A DNA stretch of 63,228 nt, filler included, from Reticulomyxa filosa (Eukaryota > Protista > Foraminifera): the NCBI GenBank assembly GCA_000512085.1. It is 17 parts of 17 records of this genome, joined end to end, with 100 filler letters (N's around TTAATTAATTAA, not from the genome) between each part and the next. Parts side by side here need not be neighbours in the genome. Positions count along the whole stretch, not along the records: positions 1 to 3,011 come from ASPP01021272.1; positions 3,112 to 5,766 come from ASPP01013606.1; positions 5,867 to 6,916 come from ASPP01002200.1; positions 7,017 to 8,041 come from ASPP01047418.1; positions 8,142 to 14,034 come from ASPP01023849.1; 12 more parts are not named here. One strand, 5' to 3'. Below the pieces are notes generated by a model. That model had not been told where the DNA came from, searched no databases, and saw nothing but the letters and a program-made list of their open reading frames with translations. Position numbers and translations under genes: made by a program. This document shows positions 1-11,084 of this stretch, piece by piece (the stretch's first letter is position 1; every line of letters starts with the position of its first letter).

Positions 1-20
1 ATATATATATATGTATATAA

Positions 21-833
21 TTAAAAAAAACCAAGTCTTGGTGGACGGGAATCGGTAGAGGCATACGTGGACTCGTGAAACTGACGAATGACAAAGTTCC
101 ACAAGTGAATTTGAAACGCGTCATCGGCCACGAAAGAGAGAGAGCGCATCTTGCCACGAGTGTCTTGTTGGCGATAGAGCAAGCGCAGAAAGCGGTCCAT
201 TTTATCCAAGTCGACGATGACAGTGGAAAGCAAAATGTCATCAATGTCCACCACACTACTGTTGCTACTACTTTGCAAACGAGATTGATTCGTCAGCAAA
301 TGCTCCGCTTCTGTCACGCTACTCACGCTGACCCCATTCAAATGCGACTTGTGACTTTCTGCTTGGTAACGATACAACTCACTACACTTATGCGCTTTTA
401 TTTGCAAACGTATACGTATATGACGAGGCAAATTCGCATGTTGCTGTTGCTGTTGCTGCTGCTGCTGCTGCTGCTGTTGTTGTTGCAATAGCTTTGTGTT
501 TGCATGGACTAACCAATCATTCATTGCTTTCAAATTCGTGTCCACATAGTCCATGTCCAATAACAGACACGGCGTTTCCATTTGCGTCATTCCCTCTGAG
601 TCCACCGACGGCAGGTGCATCTCCACTTTCACCACTTTTGATTGCTGCTTCTTATGCAACGGCGAAGATGCCACGTACTCCTCTTGGCCGGGCGAAGAGG
701 AAGACACTCTTCGTCGTTGGACGGGTGTCTGCACTGCAGACGGAAAACTACGACGCCAAATATGAAACCAACCGGTGCTTGATCGTACATATGACAAGGG
801 CCGGGAACACAAGGAAAAGGTACCGTTAAACAT
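21..833 (-). CDS. Fold-type III PLP enzyme, D-threonine aldolase/D-serine dehydratase (DSD1)-like; 5' part, truncated at window start
   Basis: TPCLLLD...N, IRLQIKAHK (PLP-Lys motif, consensus RPHxKTHK), GVSVSSVTEAE, DDILL, LSFVADD. R/S-rich non-acidic N-terminus resembles a mitochondrial presequence. Internal polyQ. Confidence 0.8.
   Translation of the reverse strand: MFNGTFSLCSRPLSYVRSSTGWFHIWRRSFPSAVQTPVQRRRVSSSSPGQEEYVASSPLHKKQQSKVVKVEMHLPSVDSEGMTQMETPCLLLDMDYVDTNLKAMNDWLVHANTKLLQQQQQQQQQQQQQQQHANLPRHIRIRLQIKAHKCSELYRYQAESHKSHLNGVSVSSVTEAEHLLTNQSRLQSSSNSSVVDIDDILLSTVIVDLDKMDRFLRLLYRQQDTRGKMRSLSFVADDAFQIHLWNFVIRQFHESTYASTDSRPPRLGFF
441..486 (-). repeat. CAG/CAA repeat encoding polyQ
   Basis: (ttg/ctg)n on the + strand; a run of about 15 Q in the ORF translation. 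Confidence 0.9.
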
Positions 834-1509
834 TACACATCAATTATTCTGGGGGTCCATTTGAATCTTTTTTTTCTTTTTGTTCAAACAGACGGCTTTT
901 ACTTGTCTTTCTTGATGAACAATATCTTGTGCTTGTGTATTTGCTAATTACCATAAACGTAAAGGTTACACATTAAATCCATTATTTTTCACGTTTGGTA
1001 AAGCATCTGAAATTGTGTTGTCAAAATGTAAATAAAAAATCCTTTTGTACAGTCTCTTAGAGGGGGAAAAAGGCCTTTTTTGTTTTTTTCAAAAAACCCG
1101 TAAAAAAAATAATTAAAACCTTAACAAAAAAGAAGCAAACAAACTAGTGATTTCATGAGAACCAATTGTTAAATCATATAGCAGGAGCGCTCATTTTTTT
1201 ATTATAAAAAAAAGCACTGGGAGAGGCTAAAATGATTGAAGAGGAAAAAGCCAAGGAATGAAGAAAGAAGGGGGGGAAAGGGGAAGCAGGAAAAACTTTT
1301 TGAACAAAAAACACAAATTACCCCACACTAGTTAATCTTATTATTTAAGACATTTTCAAAAACACAATCAACACAAAGGAGGAAGGGGCAAAAAAAAAAG
1401 GGTCAAAATTTTGGGTACAGCCGCTATCTTTCATTCGGAATTCCTTAAAAAAACAAACAAAAAAATAAAGTTTGACAAACAATTATATTTCTTGATTAGG
1501 TCATACTTT

Positions 1510-2258
1510 TTATTCATCATTTTCTTCATCATCTTCCCCTCCATATTCATAGTCTTTTTGGATTGTCTAATTTTTTTTTTTTTTTGATTATTTAATTAAT
1601 TAATGTATTTATTCAAAAAAAAAAAAAAAAAAAGGGGCCTAATTTTAAAAAAAAAGAATGAAAGCGCACTGAACTTTTTTATTAGACAAAACAATTGCCT
1701 TTCCAATATGTCTAATCCAATCCTCTTTTTCACTTTCCGAAGTTGCAACAAGCGAATGTCTCAAGTCAGGGGAGTACACATCAAAGGAATGTTTTCTATT
1801 TGTTCTATCTTCGCTCGACTTTACTGACGAAAAGACTTTCAGATCGATTATTTCTGTGGGATTTTCATAGTTCTGCAAAAAACACCAACAAAAAAAAAAA
1901 TTTTTTTTTTGTCTTTGGTAAATGAGTAGTTTTTTTATTTGTATGTGTTCGAGGTTGATAAGGAAGGCGAAGAGAAAAAAAAAAAGGGGAGAGAGGGGGC
2001 CCGATCAACTTATAAAAAAAAAAATTACACGCACAAAACTTTTCCTCTTTAAATGTATAAAGTATTGAACCTTGTAACACTGCCCATCTTTTTCGCCAAA
2101 CACCCCAATGACGACCTGTTTTTTTTTGGTAGTAAGAATGAACAAAGGTCCAGCCAACTTTTTTTTGTTGTTGCCTGTAAAATACTTTTTTTGTCAAGCC
2201 ATCCTTCTTTTGCTGGGTTGGATATCGTTATTCTGTTATTCTCTGGTTGCTGTGTCAT
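1510..2258 (-). CDS. Small single PH-domain protein, 4 exons
   Basis: Spliced product: KEGWLDKKS|RHWGVWRKRWAVLQGSILYTFKEEK|NYENPTEIIDL...SFDVYSPDLRHSLVATSESEKEDWIRHI...|TIQKDYEYGGEDDEENDE*. Introns at about 2116-2185, 1873-2039 and 1567-1674. Confidence 0.88.
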
Positions 2259-2667
2259 CTTCTTTTTTTCTTTTTTGCAGTTTGCTCACAATTCAAGACA
2301 AATTAAAAAATATTGCGTTTATCCAACAATGCGCGATAAGTGATATGCGACGTCCACAATTATTGCCTGTGAAATCGGAAATGTAAAAATGGTTAATTCA
2401 CAAAAGGGCTCCTTGGCAAACTTAAAAAAAAAAAAGATAAAGAAACTTTGCTTTGCGATAATCAAGCAAAAAGGTGTTACACACTGTAAGTGTATCACCT
2501 ATTTTAGTATCCTTTTAAAAACTCAAATCACAGCCTCTAAAATCGTAACGAAACGGAATTTAAACAGACGTTTCAGAACGATAAGGAGAGGAGGGGGGAA
2601 AGGACAAGTAAATTCCACCCCTTTTTTTTTTTAATAAAGATAATATTGAAAGTCTTCCGACAGTGAA

Positions 2668-3011
2668 ATGCAAGATACGAAGCCAAATCCGCCACGAAGT
2701 CAAGGTATATTGTTATATTTCGTTGGAATTTCTTGCGTGGTGCTATTTGTGACGAACGTGCTTGCCGTGGCGGTTTTCGTTCCTTCGAAAGATAGTTTGA
2801 AGCGGAACGTGTTTAAGATTGAGGGCATAGCACCAAAGAAGGTCGAGAGGGGTTGGGAGTACAAGAAGTACTTTGACACAACAACGAATTTTGTGGCAGC
2901 GGATCCGAAGGACAATCGAACGCGCTGTTCATTTCCAGGTGCAACATTGCTGCCAGTTTTGGACGACCGACATCAACTGGGCTATTTATTGTTGGACGAA
3001 AATAAGACCAC
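2668..3011 (+). CDS. Hypothetical type II membrane protein, 5' part
   Basis: ATG-initiated ORF with one N-terminal hydrophobic helix (ILLYFVGISCVVLFVTNVLAVAVFV); runs into the contig end. Confidence 0.55.
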
Positions 3012-3111
3012 NNNNNNNNNNNNNNNNNNNNNNNNNNNNNNNNNNNNNNNNNNNNTTAATTAATTAANNNNNNNNNNNNNNNNNNNNNNNNNNNNNNNNN
3101 NNNNNNNNNNN
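3012..3111. other. Artificial contig-joining linker (first of 16)
   Basis: N44-TTAATTAATTAA-N44, exactly 100 nt. Repeated at 5767, 6917, 8042, 14035, 15654, 18482, 26827, 34120, 36067, 37359, 52171, 53900, 58184, 59560 and 60660. Confidence 0.99.
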
Positions 3112-3186
3112 TTTTGAAGACACAACATTTAAAAAAAAAAAAAAAATGTTTTTTTGGGGGGGGGGAAGGGGGAAAAAAATTTCATT

Positions 3187-3470
3187 TCAAATGTGTTGGA
3201 CACCAACACTAACCGTGGCAAAGTTCCGCTTTAAACATTTTTGGGCGTGTATGTCACCAAGCATTCCACCAGTTTTCAAGTCGGGATTACTCACAGTAAC
3301 AGCGGCGTTGCTGAGTACATTGGTCAACTCTTGGCCGAATGCACGCTTGGTGTGCGCGTTCAGTGCAAGACCAGGCTTGTCTTTGATCATGGCGCCAACA
3401 TCACTCGTGTTTGTTGACTTTGCATTGGGACCACGCACGAGCTGCATTGCTTTGCTGAAAACAGATACAA
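3187..3470 (-). CDS. Internal exon of an unidentified protein
   Basis: Higher-GC, protein-like segment (VFSKAMQLVRGPNAKS...NFATVSVGVQH) flanked by AT/homopolymer intron-like DNA. Confidence 0.4.
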
Positions 3471-4731
3471 ACATTTTCTTTTTTGTTAAAGAAAAAGTAA
3501 AAATACAAAAAGTGATAATCAGTAATGAAAGATTAAAAAAAAAACAAGAGTCCGCAATCAATTTCTCCGGCTTACCTCTGAGACGCAACAAAGGAACAAT
3601 TAGAAAAATAAGCTGAAAAGAAGTGTCTTTCCGTGAACAATCAAAAAGAAAAGGGAAAAAACGCAAAAAAAAATGTTTTTACTTGGCAGCTGCTCCGTAA
3701 TTAAAAACTTCTCATGACAATTTGCTGTTGCTGTGCTCGCTTCTATATTTTTCTTGAAACCAATGAAGTAATTTTATGTAAAATGCTGCAACAAATTTCT
3801 TCTAGTCTTCCGTAAAGATATCAAAGAAATTTTTTAAAAACAAGATATTTGATCTTACATTTCGTAAGTATTAAAAAAAGTAAAAGAACAGCTTTTTATG
3901 GTTTTAACTTTTTACACTTGACACAAAAAAATGCAAGTATTCAGAATAAATACTTTTAATTTTTTTTAAGTACAAAAGAGAAATAAGTTTTTACGGAATT
4001 TTCAAGAGTTTTGTCATCTTTCAAAATGTTTTGGATAACTCATGTATATCTTTGAGGACACATTGTATTTAAAAAACTGTTGTAAAACTATTTACGCTTC
4101 ATAAATATAATTTTTCATTTTATCATACGCACACTAGGAGCATAGCCCCGACAAGTTCACAAGACTGGCCGCAAAAAATTCCTATGAACATTTTACAAGG
4201 GTAATGAGACAAAGACGTGAAAATTTTGTCCAAAGCATTTTATCTGAAATGAATATGATGTAGGGCCGGTCGTCCTCAGCTAAGGTTAAAAGTGCAAACT
4301 GTGAATGTTTTGACAAAATTGTTTGCGCACTATTTTTCGAGGGGGAGTCACGAACTACAAAGGATATGGTTTAAACTAATAAACTTTTGTTTAAGTAAGA
4401 AATTCGCTTAAAAGTGTATAGTGATGAAAGAGCCACAACTTAACTCCAAAAGTTCTACTTGCTGTTTCTTTTAAAAATAAAAACGCATTCATATGTGCAA
4501 AATCATTTGAAGTTGGCAAAAGTGGAAAGAGATAGTTTTGGAAATATTCCAAAAGATGGTGTAGTAACAAAATGTTTTCTGAAAAAATGATCACATTGCC
4601 TCAAACAACGCAAAGTGTTGGTAGTTTGATTAAACAGACGCAAAAAAAAAAAAGGAGGACTTAAAAAAAAAGGGAGAATAATAATCTTGGATAGGTGTTC
4701 TTTCTCTGAAAAGGAAACAAAACAGCATAGT

Positions 4732-5707
4732 ATGAGCAGTTTAGAGACAAATGATGAAGTAACGTTGACAATAATTGTGGAAGCCTCGATTGAGAATGGA
4801 GAAGACAAATGCACTGGGATAAAAGTATCGAAGAACACAGCAATAGAAATTTTGAAGCCATTGATTGAGATCGAGTGTGGTGTAGTGGTGAATGAGTATC
4901 AATTGCTCTACCACAACAAAGAGTTGCGTGACACGGACACGTTGGCGACATTGGGTATAAAATCGGACGACGCAATAATCCTACGTTTAAAAAAGAGTAC
5001 GACGAGCCATATAGGAAGCAGTGGTAGTGTACCTGCGCACAACGACAACAATGCATTAAACTTGGGAATGCCAATCTTTGGGCCAAATGCCGAATTGCCG
5101 ACCATGCCTGGTTGGTTGAACATGAATGCAGACACATTGCAACAAGCACTTAGAGCGGACTCGGCAATGATGAATCAATTGCTTCACGTAACAAATAAGC
5201 AAAAAAACTAAATAAATAAATATATATATATATATAGTATATATATATATATTTATTTATTTATTTATTTATTTATTTTTTATTGATTAATGGATTGAAA
5301 TGATTAAATTTAAAAAAAAAAAAAAATAAAAATAAATGGTAAACACTTAACAGCAAAATCCATCACTTGCACAAGCAGTGTTAGCAGAGGACACGACAAT
5401 GCTCCAACAGTATATGAATAAGCAGCGTGCGCAGTTTCAGCAGCAATTGCTTCGTGAGCAGCAGAGACGAATGGCGCTGGAGGCGGACCCGCTGAACCCG
5501 GACAGCCAAAAACTGATTGCAACGGAAATCGAGGAGTCGAATATCCACCAGAACTACGAAATGGCAGTCGAGGAAATGCCCGAAGCATTTGGTCGCGTCG
5601 TCATGTTATATGTCCCCATGGAAGTGGAAGGGATTCGTCTCAATGCTTTCATTGACTCCGGCGCACAAACCACTATCATGTCTGCCAAAACTGCTGAAAA
5701 GTGTGGG
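4732..5707 (+). CDS. DDI1: DDI1 ubiquitin-like/retroviral-type aspartyl protease; 5' two exons, truncated
   Basis: N-terminal UBL (LKPLIEIECGV...QLLYHNKEL.DTDTLATLGI), helical domain (ADPLNPDSQKLI), then AVEEMPEAFGRVVMLYVPMEVEG...AFIDSGAQTTIMS.KTAEKCG. Intron 5188-5353 is GT-AG, phase 0. Confidence 0.93.
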
Positions 5708-6419
5708 TACGTTAATTGCAAGGCTTTTTTTTTTTTTTTTTTTTTATTTTTTTTTTTTTTTTTTTTNNNNNNNNNNNNNNNNNNNNNNNNNNNNNNNNNN
5801 NNNNNNNNNNTTAATTAATTAANNNNNNNNNNNNNNNNNNNNNNNNNNNNNNNNNNNNNNNNNNNNAAAAAAAAAAAAAATCATAATCTCTTCCAATGAT
5901 AATAAGATGACTTGATCGTCTATGAAAGGAATTAATTTGATTTGTTTAATTTGATTGATATTACTCCAAACACTTACATATTTCATCATCAATGTATGAT
6001 TTGATTTTTGTCTTTGTTATTGTTGTTATCTATCAGTTTCACATTGTCCAATCAATTAACATCACTTGGATGAAAGTAGATATGTTAAATGGATTATTTG
6101 GTAATTCTGGTATTAATCAATCTAGAATGCGTTGTGGATGAGAAAAAGAAAGATGAAGGAATCACTTTCTATAACATATGGAAATTTAAGCCGAAAATTC
6201 GATAATTTCCTGTATTCGTCAACATTAGTTTGAAGAAGTATTGATAATACATTTTCTGGAAATCTCAAAAAAAAAATCTCAGAACAATTTACGTTCATTT
6301 TACTGTAAATGTGAATGTGCAACATCTGCAATAATTATGTGACACATCCAATAGCAAATAATTGGTGTCTGATGGAGATAAGAAATCGGGAAAATCAATA
6401 TACAACAGCCGAAATGTCA

Positions 6420-6719
6420 AATTTATCGATGTCGACGAAATCAAGAAACGAAAACAACGAGAAGTTTTCAATCCTGAACTGAACAAGACTGTAATTGTTG
6501 GAGAATGTTCCAGTTCGGGAAAGTAAAAAAGAAATTAAAGAGACATTGGAAGACTATGGTTATTCAGTTGATCAAGCGAAGCGCTTCAACAGAATACAAA
6601 TGGTTATTGTGACAATATCCAAACCTGAAGATGTAATGAAGATTCTTCAAGACAGGATATTCAGATTGGACATGCGATGGCACAAGCGGTCTTATTCGAC
6701 AAGAACAAGTCAAGAGTAA
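6420..6719 (+). mobile_element. Decayed non-LTR retrotransposon ORF1 (gag-like) fragment
   Basis: Frameshifted LENVPVRESKKEIKETLEDYGYSVDQAKRF...VIVTISKPEDVMKIL resembles the RRM-like region of LINE ORF1. No intact ORF. Confidence 0.5.
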
Positions 6720-7016
6720 AAAGTTGTATTTTGAAAGAGATTGTGTCAAGATACTTCGACATCTCTTAAGTTTTGAAGTAGATTTTGAAAGTAAATTAAA
6801 GTATTTCAAACGTCGTCCAGTTCAAAAAAGTTACAGACCAAGAAAGAAAGAAAATATAACTAGAAAATTTTTAAACTCACTCGCTGATAACAAGGCTTGT
6901 GAAGGCGATCCGACGGNNNNNNNNNNNNNNNNNNNNNNNNNNNNNNNNNNNNNNNNNNNNTTAATTAATTAANNNNNNNNNNNNNNNNNNNNNNNNNNNN
7001 NNNNNNNNNNNNNNNN

Positions 7017-7650
7017 AGGTCCACTTACCTGGACCAAAATATTCATTGCATGAAGGGAATACAAGGAACTTGTTCACAGCATATGGAGATATAAAATGAG
7101 AAATGAATTTAAATTAGATGGAAGATTGCATCGGTGGATTGACAGGCACCAGAACAAAAAGAAATTTCCAAAGATGAAATTGACATTACAGCAATCAAAC
7201 CTGAAGGAATGCGATTATGTTAAGTATTTTGGATTGTTCCTCGATTCTCATATGACGTATTCCAAGCATGTTAATTACGTATACGGCAAGGCAGCAAGGA
7301 AACTTGGATTTGACATATTTATGCTCATACAAAGGAGTCAGACCAAGTTTATCTACGTACACAAGACCATCATCATCATCCGTCCGAGTCTCGAGTATGC
7401 TTCAGCATTTTGGAATGGCACGGCAGACACTCATAAGAGGCGATTATAAAGGATACAAAGGATTGCAATGTGTCGTAATGAACCAGACTGCTTATGACAC
7501 TGTCAATGTAATCTCCCAACTTCCTCTCGAATGGTCATAATCTTGTATTGGTATACAAGATTTGGAATGAATCGAGACCAAAGACATCTCTGAATTATAT
7601 CTCATGGACTGGTAAATTGTCAGCATTATCTCGTGGATGTATCCATGCTT
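7017..7650 (+). mobile_element. Decayed non-LTR (LINE) reverse transcriptase, C-terminal/thumb region
   Basis: VKYFGLFLDSHMTYSKHVNYV..KAARKLG and KTII..RPSLEYASAFW are typical LINE RT C-terminal motifs. Several frameshifts and stops. Confidence 0.8.
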
Positions 7651-8823
7651 TTTTTTTTAGAGAGATAGGTGAAATTCCAAAAGAGAAAAAACGAAAAAAA
7701 GGAAAAAAAATATCACCTCATTCACACAAGAATACAGCACTAAAATTATAATCAATAAAACAACACTTGCACGTTTCGATCATTAAAACCAAAGAAAAAT
7801 AAAACCAAAATAAATTATTTTAATAACAAAATCTGAGAGAAAAAAACATAGGCAGTTCTTGATGTGTAATAACCACGGACTTTCCAATGCAAATATCCGA
7901 CTGTTGCCCAAATATTTCCAATCAATAAAATTCTTCAAGAATTTTCCCACCAACAAGGCAGCATTTTCAATAAACTTCAAAATCTTCAAAAAAACAACTT
8001 TTTTAACTAAGTTGAAATTGATGATGAAGGGGGTAGTATTTNNNNNNNNNNNNNNNNNNNNNNNNNNNNNNNNNNNNNNNNNNNNTTAATTAATTAANNN
8101 NNNNNNNNNNNNNNNNNNNNNNNNNNNNNNNNNNNNNNNNNAATTTGCTTTTTCTTTTCTTTTCTTTTCGGGATCGTTCGTTGTTGTTTTTTTTTTTCTT
8201 TTCTTTTCTTTTGTTTGGCCTATCCATCTTTTTTCCCCCCCCCCCTTGCCAATCCCTCCTCCATCATCACCCCTTTTTTTTCCACTATTAAAAAATGTTA
8301 AAGAGCTTGCTTACGGCGTAGTTCATCATTCAAATCATTTCTTCTTCGGTCCATTCTTTTGTATATGTGCATATATATGTATATATGTACATATATATAC
8401 ACATATGTATATGTCAACCGCTCTTACACTCCAGTAGCACAATTTATCAACGTGTCGCAGAAAAGGAAAAAGATCGCTTGCTGCATATACACACGTATAC
8501 TAGTCAGTTCGTTTTTTTAAATGTTCATGGATATAAATCAAAACTGTCGATTTTAACTGTTTTACTGAAAACAAAAAAAAACGGATACTTTTCTGTTTTG
8601 CTGCAAAATGAACTTAGGAAGAACAAGTATTTTAGTGTATTAGATGTTTTTATAATTGCAGTTGGGAGAACCGCCAAGGGTTTTTTTTGGCCTGCAAGTA
8701 GTTTAATATATATATATTGCCTTTCGATAATATTAACTCTCAAAGTATGCTGTCAAATGATAGCAAGTCATCCAATCTTTCTCATTCAGGCGTGTATTGT
8801 TCGTATTATGATTTTTTTACATT

Positions 8824-10260
8824 ATGCGAGAAAAAAAAAGGGATGGGGGGGAAAACAAATGGATGGACGTAGGAATGCAAAATCGAAGTCGTGACAAAGA
8901 CAAGGACCTGCAGCTAGAGAAGCAGTACGAAAAGGACCCGACAGTGGCGGTTCCACTGTTGAAAGCAGTGAGAACGAAAGATAAGGAAAACGAGGAAGAA
9001 GAACAGAAAACGAAGAAATCGAAAGATGACTCAGTGAAATTGTTCGGTGTAAATTTATCGTATTTCCCCAACTACGTGCAATTTTCGGTCCTGTTGTGTG
9101 TAGTGATGTTGGGTTTCCTGTTGATCGGATTGGTAGAAGAAGGATTCAAGCACACATTTCCAGACTTTCAATTCGGATGGTTTATGACCGCGATCGAGTT
9201 GGTGTTGTTCACTGTATTGGCGGCCATTGAGCGGATACTGAAAGAGACGGCAACCATTGTGAGTGAATCGATATCAATGTCGATGTCATCAACACCTCGA
9301 TTGATATCCCCTATCAATAGCCAAGCATCCAACACGCAAAGTGATAGCAATAATAGCAGCAATGGCCATAATAATAATGATCATGATCCCAATAGCAACA
9401 ATGGCATTAGTATTGGTATTAGTATTGGTATTGGTGTATCGACATCCAATTTGGACACAACAAATAAAATAGCAAACACAGTCGCAACAGAAGGGACGAG
9501 CTCAAGTTCAAGTCTAATTTCGAAAGTGCTTGCACGCAAAGTGCCATTGGTGTATCATATAATCGTAGCGGCGGCCATGACGGCGTCTCGTGGTCTTACG
9601 AATATCTCGCTGCTGCTATTAAACTATCCTACTCAAGTGATATTCAAATCGATGAAACTGATATCGGTCATGATCGGATCCAAGCTCTTCTTGCACAAGG
9701 AATATAATATCTTTGAATACTTGGCCGCACCGTTGATGGTTGGCGCTGCCATTGCGTTCTCGTTGGGCGATGCCAGTGAATCTCTTTCTTTTAATACCTG
9801 GGGAATTATTGTTGTTATCGTGTCACTCATCTTTGATTCCATTCATGCCAACGCTCAAGAATATACGCTCAAGTTACATCGCGACACTGCTTTGGAACTT
9901 CTCTTGTATTCCAACTTCTTTTCTGGCGTCTTTGCCGCTCTGGCCGGCATTTGCGCTGGCGAATTGGCGCCCCTTTTTGTGTTTCTTGCGACCAATTCTT
10001 TGCTTGATATTTTGTCTTGGTTCACTATTCGCGTGTTGTGTCTGTACGTGGGCGTCGCTGCACTTGTCATCTTCACTCAAAGGTTTGGTGCTGTCGCTGC
10101 TGTCACCGTCACCACCGTTCGCAAAATTCTCACTGTCTTATTATCTTATGTTTTGTGGCCCACCAAATCTTTTGCTAGACCGCATGCCATGGGCACTCTC
10201 ATGTTTATCGGCTCTCTCATGCTCAATGGTGCAGGAGTACATTACAAAGGACATTCCTAA
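8824..10260 (+). CDS. UAA-family nucleotide-sugar/PAPS transporter (SLC35B3/PAPST2-like)
   Basis: About 10 TM helices; GLTNISLLLLNYPTQVIFKSMKLISVMIG; FGAVAAVTVTTVRKILTVLLSY. Long N/S-rich loop insertion. Exact start codon uncertain. Confidence 0.88.
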   Translation: MREKKRDGGENKWMDVGMQNRSRDKDKDLQLEKQYEKDPTVAVPLLKAVRTKDKENEEEEQKTKKSKDDSVKLFGVNLSYFPNYVQFSVLLCVVMLGFLLIGLVEEGFKHTFPDFQFGWFMTAIELVLFTVLAAIERILKETATIVSESISMSMSSTPRLISPINSQASNTQSDSNNSSNGHNNNDHDPNSNNGISIGISIGIGVSTSNLDTTNKIANTVATEGTSSSSSLISKVLARKVPLVYHIIVAAAMTASRGLTNISLLLLNYPTQVIFKSMKLISVMIGSKLFLHKEYNIFEYLAAPLMVGAAIAFSLGDASESLSFNTWGIIVVIVSLIFDSIHANAQEYTLKLHRDTALELLLYSNFFSGVFAALAGICAGELAPLFVFLATNSLLDILSWFTIRVLCLYVGVAALVIFTQRFGAVAAVTVTTVRKILTVLLSYVLWPTKSFARPHAMGTLMFIGSLMLNGAGVHYKGHS

Positions 10261-11084
10261 ATACCTTCTTTTTTCCCATACACACACACATTGTTCGCTT
10301 TTCTTATTCTTCATACTTACTTTTTCTTCCATACCATATCCACTCTTTCGGTTTTCAATTCTCCAAGTCCCCCAATCGTCTTTCTTTTGCTTTTCAATTT
10401 TTTCAAACAGGAAAAAAAAAAAGGGAAGAAAAAACAATTTGGTTACAATCGTACTTGTTTGTTATTTGTGTGGCAACCCCTTTTGTTATTCGCAAAAAGA
10501 AATACGATATAAACGCTTGTCCATCATTTTTCATTTGGTTTTGCTTTTTTTTCCCTTTGTTTTTTTTACTTGTGGGCACGTTGAAAGAAATTTCTTTGGA
10601 GTTTCTGAGGTATTCATTCATTAGCATGGTCCATCAGCAAGATTTTTCATAAGTTGCAAATTAAACTTGGTTAATTTTAAGTAATTTATTTTGCTTGCAA
10701 AATGCGTGAGTTATGAAAAAAAAAAAATCCCCCAATATTTTTGTTTTACTTTTCATTTCACGAGATAGATGGTCAGATAAGTCATAATTTTAGTTAGCGA
10801 AAAAAGGTTCTTTGTTAAAAAAAAAAGTAACTGATAATGAAGTACAAAACTCTACCAGAAATTAACGTCGTTGACAAATGGCAAGCCACGAAGTTGTCAC
10901 ATTTTTTCTCATCAAAAGAAAAAAAAAGCTCTTTGTAGTGATCATAAAAATGCACACAGAAATGAAAAGAAATGCAACAACTCCAAAGATTATTTGAATG
11001 TATATTGTTGGATCGCCTCCCTCCCACAATGAAAGTGAGAAGGGGAGGAAAAGCCAAAGCAAAAACTATATGTCAAAAGATAGT

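Noticed and set aside
1873-2039. Non-canonical splice site in PH-gene intron 2 (GT donor and AG acceptor are 1 nt out of phase)
   Set aside because: A one-base undercall in the A run before GT, or a nearby in-frame GC donor, explains it. The other introns checked are in-frame GT-AG.
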